Source: Oligoflexales bacterium
Lineage (GTDB): Bacteria; Bdellovibrionota_B; Oligoflexia; Oligoflexales; CAIYRB01
Length of the DNA: 47,670 nt
Direction: 5' to 3'
NCBI GenBank assembly: GCA_041736175.1
Contig: JBGSUI010000102.1
Location: 1 to 47,670, forward strand
Translations under genes and position numbers: made by a program
Notes under the pieces: model-generated
Databases searched by the model: none
The model's input: only the letters and a program-made list of their open reading frames with translations
Told to the model about the DNA's origin: nothing
Part shown: positions 9,214 through 18,855 of the stretch, piece after piece
How the letters are laid out: every line of letters starts with the position of its first letter
Numbering within the stretch: position 1 is the stretch's first letter

Positions 9214-10948
9214 TCGATTTCCCTTGTTCTATATCCGTACCGACCCGAGGGCTAGGCGCCAAATAGAGCATCATTCCATCACTTTGAATTTGGCCGATGA
9301 TGGCTCGGTGATCATCAAGACGAAGTAATATTTGTCCACTATAAAAGTGATAAGACCCTTTTTCGATGATCCTTCGTTTGGAGTGTAAAATCTGCTCCTT
9401 TGCATAACCATAGATTTTAAGGGGATAGAATGCTGTTCCATAGTCTGAAATCTCTGACGATGCTGTGATCTCCAAATTCCAAGCCCCCCCTAGGTAAGCG
9501 GATGAGAGCGGCTGAATCATTTTGGCTCCCTGGGGCAATTTTGGGACGATGCCACGGGAAAGACTAACTGGCCCCACATACCCAAAAGATTTGCTATACC
9601 AGTCACCAACGAGTCCATCCTGATCCCAACGCCGAACCACCAAGACTCCATCACCACGCCCTTCAAACACGACGGAGGATTGTCCGTTAGGCACCGGAAC
9701 TGGCAAAAAAGAAAAAGCTATAAACTCGCTAGAGTCGCCTTCGCCAAAATAAAGGGACCCCATCGGGGCCATTTGGACTCCCGTCGATCCTTGAGATGCT
9801 TTGGTGGTTATCGTCTCTAAATTAAGTGCAAAAAGCTGAAAAGATTGTAGTGTTTCATGGTAAACATAACCATAATATTGGCCTTCATAGGGACTCGACA
9901 GACTCGGTTTTTGGCTTGGGGGCACGTCTATCTTTTTAAGATTGTCAAAGACGCTCAAGGATTTGGGAGCCCTCTCAGGGTCGCTGTCTGGAACGATTGG
10001 CGCACTGTTTACAAGGACACCGCCACTATCGTCCTGGCTACGCTCAAAACTACAGGGAATATCGCAGGCAATCATATTTTTTTGGAGGACACAAGTTCGC
10101 TTTTGGGTCGCACTGTCCAGCATCACAGTACCGGAGAACGGGTCAAAGTATCCGCTGGTATAGCTTTCGGCGACGCAGGCTGCCTTTCCCATACATAAAA
10201 TGGCATCTTTTTGCACAAGCCTCCCCGAGATCCGAAGGGGACTTTGGTCGACCGGTGAATCTCGGCTTTCGCGAAAGGCTTCTAGATAGAGACCTTTTAG
10301 GTGGGCCGCACAAGACTTAGCCTTATAAAAACCGGAAAGGCCAGCCACGACTGGCTTTTCGCTTTTTCTACTGAGGGTTGGGGCAAGGTTGAATTCTACA
10401 AGCTGTTTACCCGTGGCCGAATAAAATCCTCCCGTCACCTGGTCATTGCCTGATTCCTCTAAATAACCCCAGAGATCTTTCGACAAGGTGCTTCGAAACA
10501 CAATTTTTTTTCTATCTAACGTCCCCTGAGAAAAAAACAAACTGCTAAACTCCTTAGATTCTTCTTCCCCAGGACTGAGTCGCACAAAAATCCGGTAGGA
10601 TTGGGAGCCGACATAGGCTACATCGACCGTCAGATGAAATTGTCTTTTAGAGCCAATGGTTCGGGCTAAACCTTGGTATCTGCCTGCCGAGAGCCCTGTC
10701 TCCGGTTGTGGCAAGGACACTCCCCCTTCTGGGTCGGACTTTCCATTAAACTCCTGGAGGTTACTCTTTTGGGCAACCTGACAGTGACCCAGTCCCAAGC
10801 TGTAGACCAAGACCCCAGCCCAAGACCATTGAGACCGCTTGAAAAGCCGGTCTTTGCACTGAATTTCAGGATATTTTGTCACTCGTTTTTTCAAATAAGC
10901 CCCCTCTCTCCGAAAAACCTCCCTCCTTCTTCGACTGTTTTGCATCAA
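9143..10948 (-). CDS. hypothetical secreted beta-rich protein with internal duplication
   Basis: 601-aa ORF with two similar halves; start uncertain. Confidence 0.7.
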   Translation of the reverse strand: MMQNSRRRREVFRREGAYLKKRVTKYPEIQCKDRLFKRSQWSWAGVLVYSLGLGHCQVAQKSNLQEFNGKSDPEGGVSLPQPETGLSAGRYQGLARTIGSKRQFHLTVDVAYVGSQSYRIFVRLSPGEEESKEFSSLFFSQGTLDRKKIVFRSTLSKDLWGYLEESGNDQVTGGFYSATGKQLVEFNLAPTLSRKSEKPVVAGLSGFYKAKSCAAHLKGLYLEAFRESRDSPVDQSPLRISGRLVQKDAILCMGKAACVAESYTSGYFDPFSGTVMLDSATQKRTCVLQKNMIACDIPCSFERSQDDSGGVLVNSAPIVPDSDPERAPKSLSVFDNLKKIDVPPSQKPSLSSPYEGQYYGYVYHETLQSFQLFALNLETITTKASQGSTGVQMAPMGSLYFGEGDSSEFIAFSFLPVPVPNGQSSVVFEGRGDGVLVVRRWDQDGLVGDWYSKSFGYVGPVSLSRGIVPKLPQGAKMIQPLSSAYLGGAWNLEITASSEISDYGTAFYPLKIYGYAKEQILHSKRRIIEKGSYHFYSGQILLRLDDHRAIIGQIQSDGMMLYLAPSPRVGTDIEQGKSIVFKKSGIYPEPRALLEKPEDRS

Positions 10949-10992
10949 TACTTAAAAAGAATGTTGTTTACTACGCGAGGTGATAAAATCCC

Positions 10993-11020
10993 TCAAGAGT
11001 CTCTTATATCCAACCGATCA
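10993..11020 (+). promoter_or_regulatory. possible sigma28-type promoter of MFS gene
   Basis: TCAAG-N16-CCGATCA. Confidence 0.45.
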
Positions 11021-11064
11021 TTCGTATACTTTCCAACGATCATACTTATCATTAAGGCTCTATC

Positions 11065-12285
11065 TTGAATAAGAGTCCTGATTCCATACTAAAATCATCT
11101 AGCTTAGAACGCCAGATTGTTTTTATCGTTATCGGAATCCAATTTATAAATATACTTGAATTTATGATGGTTATGCCCCTAGGACCGGACTTTGCTAAAG
11201 ACCTCGCCATCGATACCAGCCATCTTGGTCTCATCAGCGGCAGCTACACCGCTGCTTCTGCCATAACAGGCATTCTAAGCGCCTCCTACCTCGAACGATT
11301 TGACCGAAAATTAGCGATTCTCTTAGCGCTAGCTGGACTGGTTTTTTCGACTATCGTAGCCGGATTATCTCAAAATTTAACGATGCTCTTAGGGGCTAGG
11401 ATCATGGCCGGGATCTTTGGTGGACCCTCAACTTCTTTAGCACTAGCGATTATTTCTGATGTAGTCCCTCCTGAAAGGCGGGGCAAAGCATTAGGCGCCG
11501 TGATGAGTTCTTTTGCCATGGCTTCGATTCTGGGAGTGCCCCTGGGGCTGGAGGCAGCTCGGTGGGGAGGTTGGCGGGTTCCCTTTTTTTTCATCTCAAT
11601 TTTGGGAATCTTGATGATTATCGGCGTATTCCTCCGCCTGCCTTCCATCAAGGGACATTTGACCTTTGATAAAGCGGGCCAGGCTTCCCTAAAAACGATG
11701 TTAGGGCGCCCTTCGGTCCTCTATTCTCTGGCCACGAGCGCCCTCCTGATGGCTAGCGGCTTTATGCTGATTCCCAATATCGCGCCCTATGTCCAATTCA
11801 ATCTGGGGTACCCACGTCAGGATATGGGGATCCTGTATTTTGTAGGAGGACTTGCTAGTTTTGTGGCCATGATTTTTTTCGGCCAACTTACGGACCGCCT
11901 AGGTGCCCTCGTCGTGGGAAGTCTCGGCTGCACTGCGTTTTTTTTGGCGGTCTTTTTTGGGTTTGTAACTCCCTCAATAAGCCTTCCTGTAGTCTTAATC
12001 TTTTCTCTGTTTATGATGGCCTCTGCCCTAAGGGGGGTAGCTTTTAATACCCTCTCATCCAAAATCCCCGAGCCCTACGAGCGGGCACGGTTTATGTCCG
12101 TACAGTCCTCGGTACAACACCTTTCGTCGGCCATTGGCGCAGGCGTCTCCAGCCTTGTCTTAAGTGTCGGCGCAGACCAAAAACTCCTCGGAATGGACAT
12201 CCTCGGACTATGGTCTGTGGGTCTTAATTTTTTGATGATAGGTGGACTTTGGTTTATGCAGAGATCTCTTAAAAACCCCTCCTAA
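11065..12285 (+). CDS. MFS transporter (drug/H+ antiporter-like)
   Basis: 12 TM pattern; motif A variants ERFDRK and GQLTDRLG; DVVPPERRGKALG. Confidence 0.92.
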   Translation: MNKSPDSILKSSSLERQIVFIVIGIQFINILEFMMVMPLGPDFAKDLAIDTSHLGLISGSYTAASAITGILSASYLERFDRKLAILLALAGLVFSTIVAGLSQNLTMLLGARIMAGIFGGPSTSLALAIISDVVPPERRGKALGAVMSSFAMASILGVPLGLEAARWGGWRVPFFFISILGILMIIGVFLRLPSIKGHLTFDKAGQASLKTMLGRPSVLYSLATSALLMASGFMLIPNIAPYVQFNLGYPRQDMGILYFVGGLASFVAMIFFGQLTDRLGALVVGSLGCTAFFLAVFFGFVTPSISLPVVLIFSLFMMASALRGVAFNTLSSKIPEPYERARFMSVQSSVQHLSSAIGAGVSSLVLSVGADQKLLGMDILGLWSVGLNFLMIGGLWFMQRSLKNPS

Positions 12286-14297
12286 GAAATCTTAGTCTTG
12301 AGGGGATCTTTAGGTTGACCTTGCTCACCCGGCTTCGCTACGGCCCCAGCTCCAAAGATTTTTGGATCTTGGGCTTGGACAAGTCCGCCCACATGGCCTT
12401 GGAGTCGGCCAGACAAAGCGGCTCCATCCCTCTCGATGCTCGACTGAAAGGCTTTAAGTGCCTTGTCTTTTAAGGCTGGCTTGGACTCTCTTAAGGTGGG
12501 ATTTGGTTGGGTATCAGCGGGTCGCTCCGTGGCCTGTAGATGTTTCTTGACGTCTTCCGGACGATCTTGGTTCCGCAGCTCAGGGGGCTTTTCTGCCGAA
12601 AATTCCCGTTTAGTTTGTGGTGCGGGCTTTGGGACGTCGGGCTTTGGGACGTCGGGCGGGGGCGTTGGAGGCTGGAGCGTTAGAGGAGTCAATAATTGCT
12701 CTTTTCTCGCAATATTTTCAGCATGCATCTGCTGGTGCTCTTTGGCATCCTTAAGCACACCCGGAGTCAGATCAAGCTGATCCAAACTCCCTGATCCCTG
12801 TGCCGTAGGCGCCAGGTGTTTGCCGGTCCAAAGCCACAGCAGATGGTTGCGGCTGCGCTGCTGGGCTAGCTTTGATGCTTGGTCCCCTGAGACCACTTCG
12901 ACTTTGTCCCCAGAACTCATCATGGGTGCAAAACCTCCGTTGGGTGTCTTTTCATAGTCAGACAGGAGGAATCTTCGCTCAAAATACCCGGTCTGCCGGA
13001 TGCTGACTTTTTCCCCAAGGTCTCCCACGACCTTTTCCTGGGTTTCACCCACCTTAGGCAAGCGTCCATAGCTGCCGTTGGTCATCACGGTGTACTGGAG
13101 GCCGTCACGCCACCTTTGGGCTACGGCGGTCATCTGATCTCTTTCTGGCCAATAGGCTTCTGCCGTCACCAGCTCGATTGGTTTTCCGTCATCAGGTGCT
13201 TTTGCTAGAGATTGGTTGGGCAAGATAAGATAATTTCCAGAGCGGTGAAAGTCTCGGTGGTCCTCAGCTCTTTGATCGATCGTTGGTTTTTGAATCTCTG
13301 CACCGATAAGCTCCGGTGCCTGTCCCTGGAGCTGAGGAGCTGCGATAGGAACATGGTTAGGACTCTCAATCCTAAAACGCGTACCATGCCATACCCGAAA
13401 CCCCTCAGTCCTTTTGGTTTTAACGGGTCTGACGATAAAATCACTGATAAGCTCTTTTGAAAAACCAGCTCCATTATTGATCTCCGTCATACCTCCGTTG
13501 GGGAGCGTGGCGTAACTGGTTTCAAAGCGCCACTCTAAATCCCGCTCGAGAATCGCTAAAATCTTTTTATGGTGGAGTTCCCCTAGGACATCTTCGAGAG
13601 GCCGGCCCTGGACTGGTAACCGGGCCACAAGGCCAGTATCCGATAGAGTGAAGAGATTGCCCTTACGCCAGTCCCAAACGCGTTCGGCTTCCATAAAACC
13701 TTGTTTGATGAGCTCTGCCCGGGTTTCGGCCCATTCATGTTGGACTTGCCACCTGAGATCTCTTGATCGCTCAAACCTTTCTAAAGCTTTGATGCGTTCA
13801 AAAAACTGACGATGGGTCCTCTCATGGGCGATCGCCTTTGATTTTGCAAACCGTTCCTGCAACCGAACGATCTCCTTGTAGATCTGCTCTTCGGAGAAGT
13901 CGAGGGCCACCCTTCTTTCGAGCAACCACCGCGCCCACCAACGATGGAGTTTGTCTTCTTTTACGGCATGGTCGTGGGATTTTTCATGAAAGATGGCGTC
14001 CGTCTGTAAAAATTGAGCAGGGGATTGTGCAATCAATACCCTTAAATAATCGCGCAGGTGCTCGAGGTCAGGATGGTTGGTAGGAAACGGCGGCTGCCAC
14101 GGTACCCGCTTGTCCCAGTCTTGGACCAGGTTATTTCGGGTGAGGGACATCGAGAGTGGGACCGAGAGAGGTAGCAAACCAGAGCTCTTGCGTTCGGCAC
14201 GATTGGTCTTAAACCTTTCGGGCGTTAACAAGGAAAAATCCGGCATCTTAAGGATGATCGGTTCTAAAGAAAGCCGGGGCAATGGACGAATATTCAT
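12282..14297 (-). CDS. hypothetical protein, 671 aa
   Basis: long ORF with SD GAGGG; charged helical N-terminal part and Pro-rich C-terminal linker. Confidence 0.75.
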   Translation of the reverse strand: MNIRPLPRLSLEPIILKMPDFSLLTPERFKTNRAERKSSGLLPLSVPLSMSLTRNNLVQDWDKRVPWQPPFPTNHPDLEHLRDYLRVLIAQSPAQFLQTDAIFHEKSHDHAVKEDKLHRWWARWLLERRVALDFSEEQIYKEIVRLQERFAKSKAIAHERTHRQFFERIKALERFERSRDLRWQVQHEWAETRAELIKQGFMEAERVWDWRKGNLFTLSDTGLVARLPVQGRPLEDVLGELHHKKILAILERDLEWRFETSYATLPNGGMTEINNGAGFSKELISDFIVRPVKTKRTEGFRVWHGTRFRIESPNHVPIAAPQLQGQAPELIGAEIQKPTIDQRAEDHRDFHRSGNYLILPNQSLAKAPDDGKPIELVTAEAYWPERDQMTAVAQRWRDGLQYTVMTNGSYGRLPKVGETQEKVVGDLGEKVSIRQTGYFERRFLLSDYEKTPNGGFAPMMSSGDKVEVVSGDQASKLAQQRSRNHLLWLWTGKHLAPTAQGSGSLDQLDLTPGVLKDAKEHQQMHAENIARKEQLLTPLTLQPPTPPPDVPKPDVPKPAPQTKREFSAEKPPELRNQDRPEDVKKHLQATERPADTQPNPTLRESKPALKDKALKAFQSSIERDGAALSGRLQGHVGGLVQAQDPKIFGAGAVAKPGEQGQPKDPLKTKIS

Positions 14298-14587
14298 AAA
14301 CCCTCTTACTTGATTAGACTCCCCAAACTGATGGTGGCAAATCCGAGACGCAGCAGATCCCAGAAGCCTTTCGTCAGGATTTTTGATTAATAAATAAAAA
14401 TATTTTAGATTTTATTAATTTTAGGTAGTTATAACCACCATCCCTATCTCTTGAACCCCATCGTTCATTTCTCGCCACTCCCCTTTGGCAAATCCCAAAA
14501 GGACCAAAAATTAGCTTTTTAAAGCCAACCGTTTTAGATACAATCATTATGCCGTCTTAGAAAAGTCAGTAAGAAACCGTTCCCACT

Positions 14588-16123
14588 ATGAGGTCCACTA
14601 TGGTCACAGGTAGCCATCGAACTGTCCCCAATCCGACACCTCGCACCCCAAGATCCTGGGGCCTTTCCTCAAAAACCTCCTGTCAAATGATTCTGTCGAC
14701 CACTTTACTTTTTGGATTCAGTGGAACGGTCCTGGCCCGCGCAAAGGAAGGCGAATGGCTCGTCAGGCTCAGGGTTGCACATCCTACCCTAGCGACGGTG
14801 TCTGCGGCACTGCAGACACCCGTTGCCCGGATGGAAAAAATCGATTCAGACGTGGTCGATGGGGATCTCTATAAGATCTACACTGCCAATCCCCAAGCCG
14901 CACTGGACCAGAAAATCACCGAGTCAGGACTGGTCGCCAGCATCCAAAAAAACTTTATCTACAGACCAGCCTTGGTGAGACCAAAACTCTCTCCCCAAGT
15001 TCAAGCGCAGATAGAGGATGACACGGCGACAGAAAAAGTCGAGGCTGACCCGGACATCCTCCCCCTTCCTGCACCCACCACCTCGCGAGGCGACGATCCA
15101 CGCCAGAGCAGCCAGTGGGGGCTTCAAAGCACCCTTGCGGCTAAAGCTTGGGAAGTAGAGCGAGGCAGCCCCGAAGTCGTCGTGGCTGTGATCGATACCG
15201 GTGTGGATTATAATCACGAAGACCTGCGACAAAACATGTGGCGTAACGCCGGTGAAATCCCTGACAATGGGGTTGATGACGACGGCAATGGGTATGTGGA
15301 CGACGTTGTTGGCTGGGATTTTGCAAGTGACGATAGCCATCCCTATGACACCATGTCCAGTAGCCGTGCTTTAGGCAACCCTGGTCATGGCACCCACTGT
15401 GCAGGTGTGGTCGCTGCAGTTGGCCAAAACAATCTTGGGATTAGCGGAATCGCACCCCAAGTGAAGGTCATGGCTCTCAGGTTTATCACCGAAAAGGGAG
15501 AAGGCTCGACCGAAGCTGCGATCAAGTCGATCCGTTATGCCGTCAAAAATGGCGCAAAGATCTTGAGCAACTCCTGGGGTGGCGAAGATCCCTCGGAAGA
15601 AGATCAGGAGCTCCTTAAAACCCTTAAATGGGCCCAGAGCCAAGGAGTCCTTTTGGTCTTTGCTGCAGGAAACGGCCGGGACAATATCGGCTATAACAAT
15701 GACACTGATTCCAAGCCCACGATCCCAGCAAGTTTTGACCTCGATGGGATCCTTTCCGTGGCGGCCATCGATAGCAAGGATCGCCTAGGATCCTTTAGCA
15801 ACTTTGGTGTCAAGTCTGTGGATTTGGCTGCACCAGGGGTTAAGATCTTAAGCACCGTACCTAAAAATGACTATGAAGACAGCATTAAACTCTTTGGGAT
15901 GCCCGTCGGGGAGTGGAGCGGAACCTCTATGGCTGCACCCCATGTGGCTGGTGCCGCAGCTCTAATCCTTAGCAAGTATCCAGATCTTCCTGCTTTGGAT
16001 CTCAAAAAGCTTTTGATGGACTCGGTCCGTCCCGTGCCAAAACTTACCAAAAAAGTTGGTGCAGGAGGGACGATGGACCTTGCCAAAGCTCTCGAAACCG
16101 CAAGCGCTAACGCCACCCCCTAG
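14588..16123 (+). CDS. secreted subtilisin-like S8 serine peptidase
   Basis: VIDTG, GHGTHCAG, AAGN, GTSMAAPHVAG; DDDGNGYVDD Ca-loop; true start may be nearer MILSTT. Confidence 0.95.
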   Translation: MRSTMVTGSHRTVPNPTPRTPRSWGLSSKTSCQMILSTTLLFGFSGTVLARAKEGEWLVRLRVAHPTLATVSAALQTPVARMEKIDSDVVDGDLYKIYTANPQAALDQKITESGLVASIQKNFIYRPALVRPKLSPQVQAQIEDDTATEKVEADPDILPLPAPTTSRGDDPRQSSQWGLQSTLAAKAWEVERGSPEVVVAVIDTGVDYNHEDLRQNMWRNAGEIPDNGVDDDGNGYVDDVVGWDFASDDSHPYDTMSSSRALGNPGHGTHCAGVVAAVGQNNLGISGIAPQVKVMALRFITEKGEGSTEAAIKSIRYAVKNGAKILSNSWGGEDPSEEDQELLKTLKWAQSQGVLLVFAAGNGRDNIGYNNDTDSKPTIPASFDLDGILSVAAIDSKDRLGSFSNFGVKSVDLAAPGVKILSTVPKNDYEDSIKLFGMPVGEWSGTSMAAPHVAGAAALILSKYPDLPALDLKKLLMDSVRPVPKLTKKVGAGGTMDLAKALETASANATP

Positions 16124-16126
16124 GCA

Positions 16127-16876
16127 CTAGTCATGGGTGATACGCAGGATAAACTTTTCCATCCTGCGTACAAAGTCGATCACCACAGTCATCTGCTGGG
16201 CGAGTTTTGGATAGTAGCTCAGGCAGGTGTCTTTGGTTTCCCCTAAAAAACCCTGAAGTTTAGTCAGAGATTCCGATTTACCAGGAACCTGTTTAGAAAT
16301 TTCCTCCGTAAGCTTGGCACAGCTCTTGAGTCCCTCGATAATCAAATCATTTTGTTTGGTGACTTCTGCCGGAAGGCTTGCCAGGGAAACAGCGACTTCG
16401 TCACTGGACAGACTCAGCAGGATCTGGCGGCCTGCACCTAGCTCGTGGGCAATCCGGTCAGTGGTAAGCCTTAGTTTTTGGGAGAGGTTGGTCGCAATGC
16501 CCTTATAGAGGGCCTGGCCTAAGCTGGGATCTTTGTCGATGAGCAAGGCCAGTTCCTGCTGGAGAATCATCACCAGGAGGGCCCGAGGGGTCTCGGCCCG
16601 TATGGTGGCCGAGGCTCGGGTCTTTTCCAGAAACGACATTTCGCCAAAGGAGGCCATGGTCCCCATATTGATCAGCGGGTTGGACAAACCGGGTGGATAG
16701 ACCCCCACTTCGCCCTCGATCACGATATAGATTCCGGGGACAGGCTCGTCGTGGATAAGGATGGCTTCGCCTTGTTTTTTTTCTACAATTTTGGAAATTT
16801 GTGCCAGATTTTGGCGGGCTTCCGGGGATACAAAACGAAATGCCCCCACCTGGCTTAAGTCGACTTTTACACTCAA
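16127..16876 (-). CDS. cyclic nucleotide-binding domain protein with C-terminal coiled coil (no HTH)
   Basis: GIYIVIEGEV, FGEMSFL..RASATIRA. Confidence 0.85.
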   Translation of the reverse strand: MSVKVDLSQVGAFRFVSPEARQNLAQISKIVEKKQGEAILIHDEPVPGIYIVIEGEVGVYPPGLSNPLINMGTMASFGEMSFLEKTRASATIRAETPRALLVMILQQELALLIDKDPSLGQALYKGIATNLSQKLRLTTDRIAHELGAGRQILLSLSSDEVAVSLASLPAEVTKQNDLIIEGLKSCAKLTEEISKQVPGKSESLTKLQGFLGETKDTCLSYYPKLAQQMTVVIDFVRRMEKFILRITHD

Positions 16877-16995
16877 AAACCACTCCTCTTGGATGCCGGT
16901 GATCCTTCCCCTCTATTGTAGCAGGAGGCTAGGACTTGGACCATGAGCGGCTAGATCTAGGGCCGCTGAGTCTTGGACCATTTTGGACCCTTCCC

Positions 16996-17071
16996 TTGAC
17001 TTTATCGAGAATCAACAGCTATATTCGGAATTCATTCCGAATTAATCGGATATATCCGGAGACCCTTCCGA
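16996..17071 (+). promoter_or_regulatory. sigma70-type promoter plus palindromic operator array for AAA ATPase
   Basis: TTGACT-N18-TATATT then TCGGAAttcaTTCCGA attaa TCGGAtataTCCGGA. Confidence 0.55.
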
Positions 17072-17072
17072 A

Positions 17073-18245
17073 ATGTTCCCAAGAATATGCAAGCCTTTAT
17101 TATCTAATAGTTTTTTCGTATTTGGAGCCCGAGGAACCGGAAAGAGCACCCTTGTTCGAAATCTACTCGAGCAAAAACGTGTTTTAAATATCGATCTTCT
17201 CAATCCCGAGGACGAAGATCGATTTGCGAGAAGCCCCAATGCTTTGATAAGCGAGGTAAAGGCGCGGGTAGCAGACATTGATTGGGTTCTGATCGATGAA
17301 GTTCAAAAACTTCCAAAGCTCCTTGACTGTGTTCATTTGTTAATGACTGACAAAATAACGGATCATATACTCTTTGCTCTAACCGGATCAAGTGCTCGCA
17401 AATTAAAGATAGTAGGGGCGAACCTACTCGCTGGTCGAGCCTTTCTTAACGAGCTTTACCCGCTGACTCATTTAGAGTTTAGCGCTCACTTTGAGCTTGA
17501 TAAGGCTCTTCATTGGGGAACTTTGCCCAAAATTTTCCTCCTTCAGGAAGAGATTGAACGCAAAGAATTTCTTAGAGCCTATGTACGAAATTATTTAAAA
17601 GAAGAGGTCTGGGATGAGCGCCTTATCCAGCAGCTCGACCCGTTTCGCAAGTTTCTCGAGATTGCGGCACAAAGCAATGGAACAATTGTAAACTATACAA
17701 AAATGGCAAAGCATACGGGAGTCAACGACAAAACAATAAAGAAATATTTTGAAGTTCTGGCTGATACCTTCCTTGGTTTTTTCTTGGAAGCCTATCATCG
17801 ATCGGTCCGTGCCCAGCAGATTTCTTCGCCTAAATTTTACTTATTTGACCCTGGCGTCAAGCGTGCCATGGAGGGCATGCTCAATGTTCCTATCATGCCT
17901 AAGACTTTCGCCTACGGACGCGCTTTCGAACATTTTTTGCTTTGCGAATGCGATCGACTAAACAAATACCTGCGAAAAGACTATCGTCTATCCTATTTAA
18001 AGACGAAAGACGATCTTGAAGTTGATCTTATTGTCGATCGTCCAGGCCAACCCACAGTTCTTATCGAAATCAAAAGCACTGATCAAATCGCCAAGGAAGA
18101 TGCTGGAGTATTGCGACATTTTTTGTCGGACTTCCCAGATGCTGAGTTTAGGATTTGGTCTAACGATCTTCACCCTATGGATTTCGATGGAATCCTTGCC
18201 TTGCACTGGATGCAGGGTATCGAGCAATTATTTGGCACACCATAG
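17073..18245 (+). CDS. AAA+ ATPase (AAA_14) with DUF4143 and C-terminal PD-(D/E)xK-like motif
   Basis: GARGTGKS, LIDEVQK, LTGSS, LAGR, PKFYLFDPG, EVDLI..IEIK. Confidence 0.92.
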   Translation: MFPRICKPLLSNSFFVFGARGTGKSTLVRNLLEQKRVLNIDLLNPEDEDRFARSPNALISEVKARVADIDWVLIDEVQKLPKLLDCVHLLMTDKITDHILFALTGSSARKLKIVGANLLAGRAFLNELYPLTHLEFSAHFELDKALHWGTLPKIFLLQEEIERKEFLRAYVRNYLKEEVWDERLIQQLDPFRKFLEIAAQSNGTIVNYTKMAKHTGVNDKTIKKYFEVLADTFLGFFLEAYHRSVRAQQISSPKFYLFDPGVKRAMEGMLNVPIMPKTFAYGRAFEHFLLCECDRLNKYLRKDYRLSYLKTKDDLEVDLIVDRPGQPTVLIEIKSTDQIAKEDAGVLRHFLSDFPDAEFRIWSNDLHPMDFDGILALHWMQGIEQLFGTP

Positions 18246-18398
18246 ATCACGATAATTATATGATATTACATGACAATCTCCTGACTCCAATGGTGGCTAG
18301 CCATAGGCCGGGTTTCTCTGATACAAAAGAACGACTCCACTAGATGGAGGCAGCTCCCCCTAGAGCTTGAAGACTAACCCTACTAAGATCCGCCGAGA

Positions 18399-18851
18399 AT
18401 GGCCATTATGACTTCAGCAACCACCCGCAATCGACCATCTTTCGAAGACATCTATATGCGGCTTGCCTTGACCCTTTCCGAAAGATCTACCTGCCAAAGG
18501 CTCCGGGTGGGCACCGTGATCACCAGCGTTGACTTTCGAAAGGTTTTAGCCATTGGCTATAACGGCAACGCCAGCGGACTGCCTAACTGCTGCGACCGTA
18601 ACGAACCCGGAAACTGTGGGTGCCTCCACTCCGAAGAAAACGCGGTGATCAACTGCGATAGCCCACGCAATATCGACAAGATCGTCTTTGTCACCCATAT
18701 GCCTTGTGCTCCCTGCGCTAAACGCCTGATCAACTTAGGCAATGTTAAACGAGTTTACTACCACCAAGAATACCGGACCTCAGACGCTCGCGATCTCTTC
18801 CGGATCGTGGGGATTCCCCTCGATTCATGCACCGCTGGCAGAGGAGAGTGA
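18399..18851 (+). CDS. dCMP deaminase (ComEB-like)
   Basis: RSTC.R..VG, GYNG, HSEENA, PCAPCAK zinc motifs. Confidence 0.9.
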   Translation: MAIMTSATTRNRPSFEDIYMRLALTLSERSTCQRLRVGTVITSVDFRKVLAIGYNGNASGLPNCCDRNEPGNCGCLHSEENAVINCDSPRNIDKIVFVTHMPCAPCAKRLINLGNVKRVYYHQEYRTSDARDLFRIVGIPLDSCTAGRGE

Positions 18852-18855
18852 CGCC

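Noticed and set aside
12624..12656. 15-bp tandem repeat
   Set aside because: Only two copies, encoding a Pro-rich linker (PDVPK)
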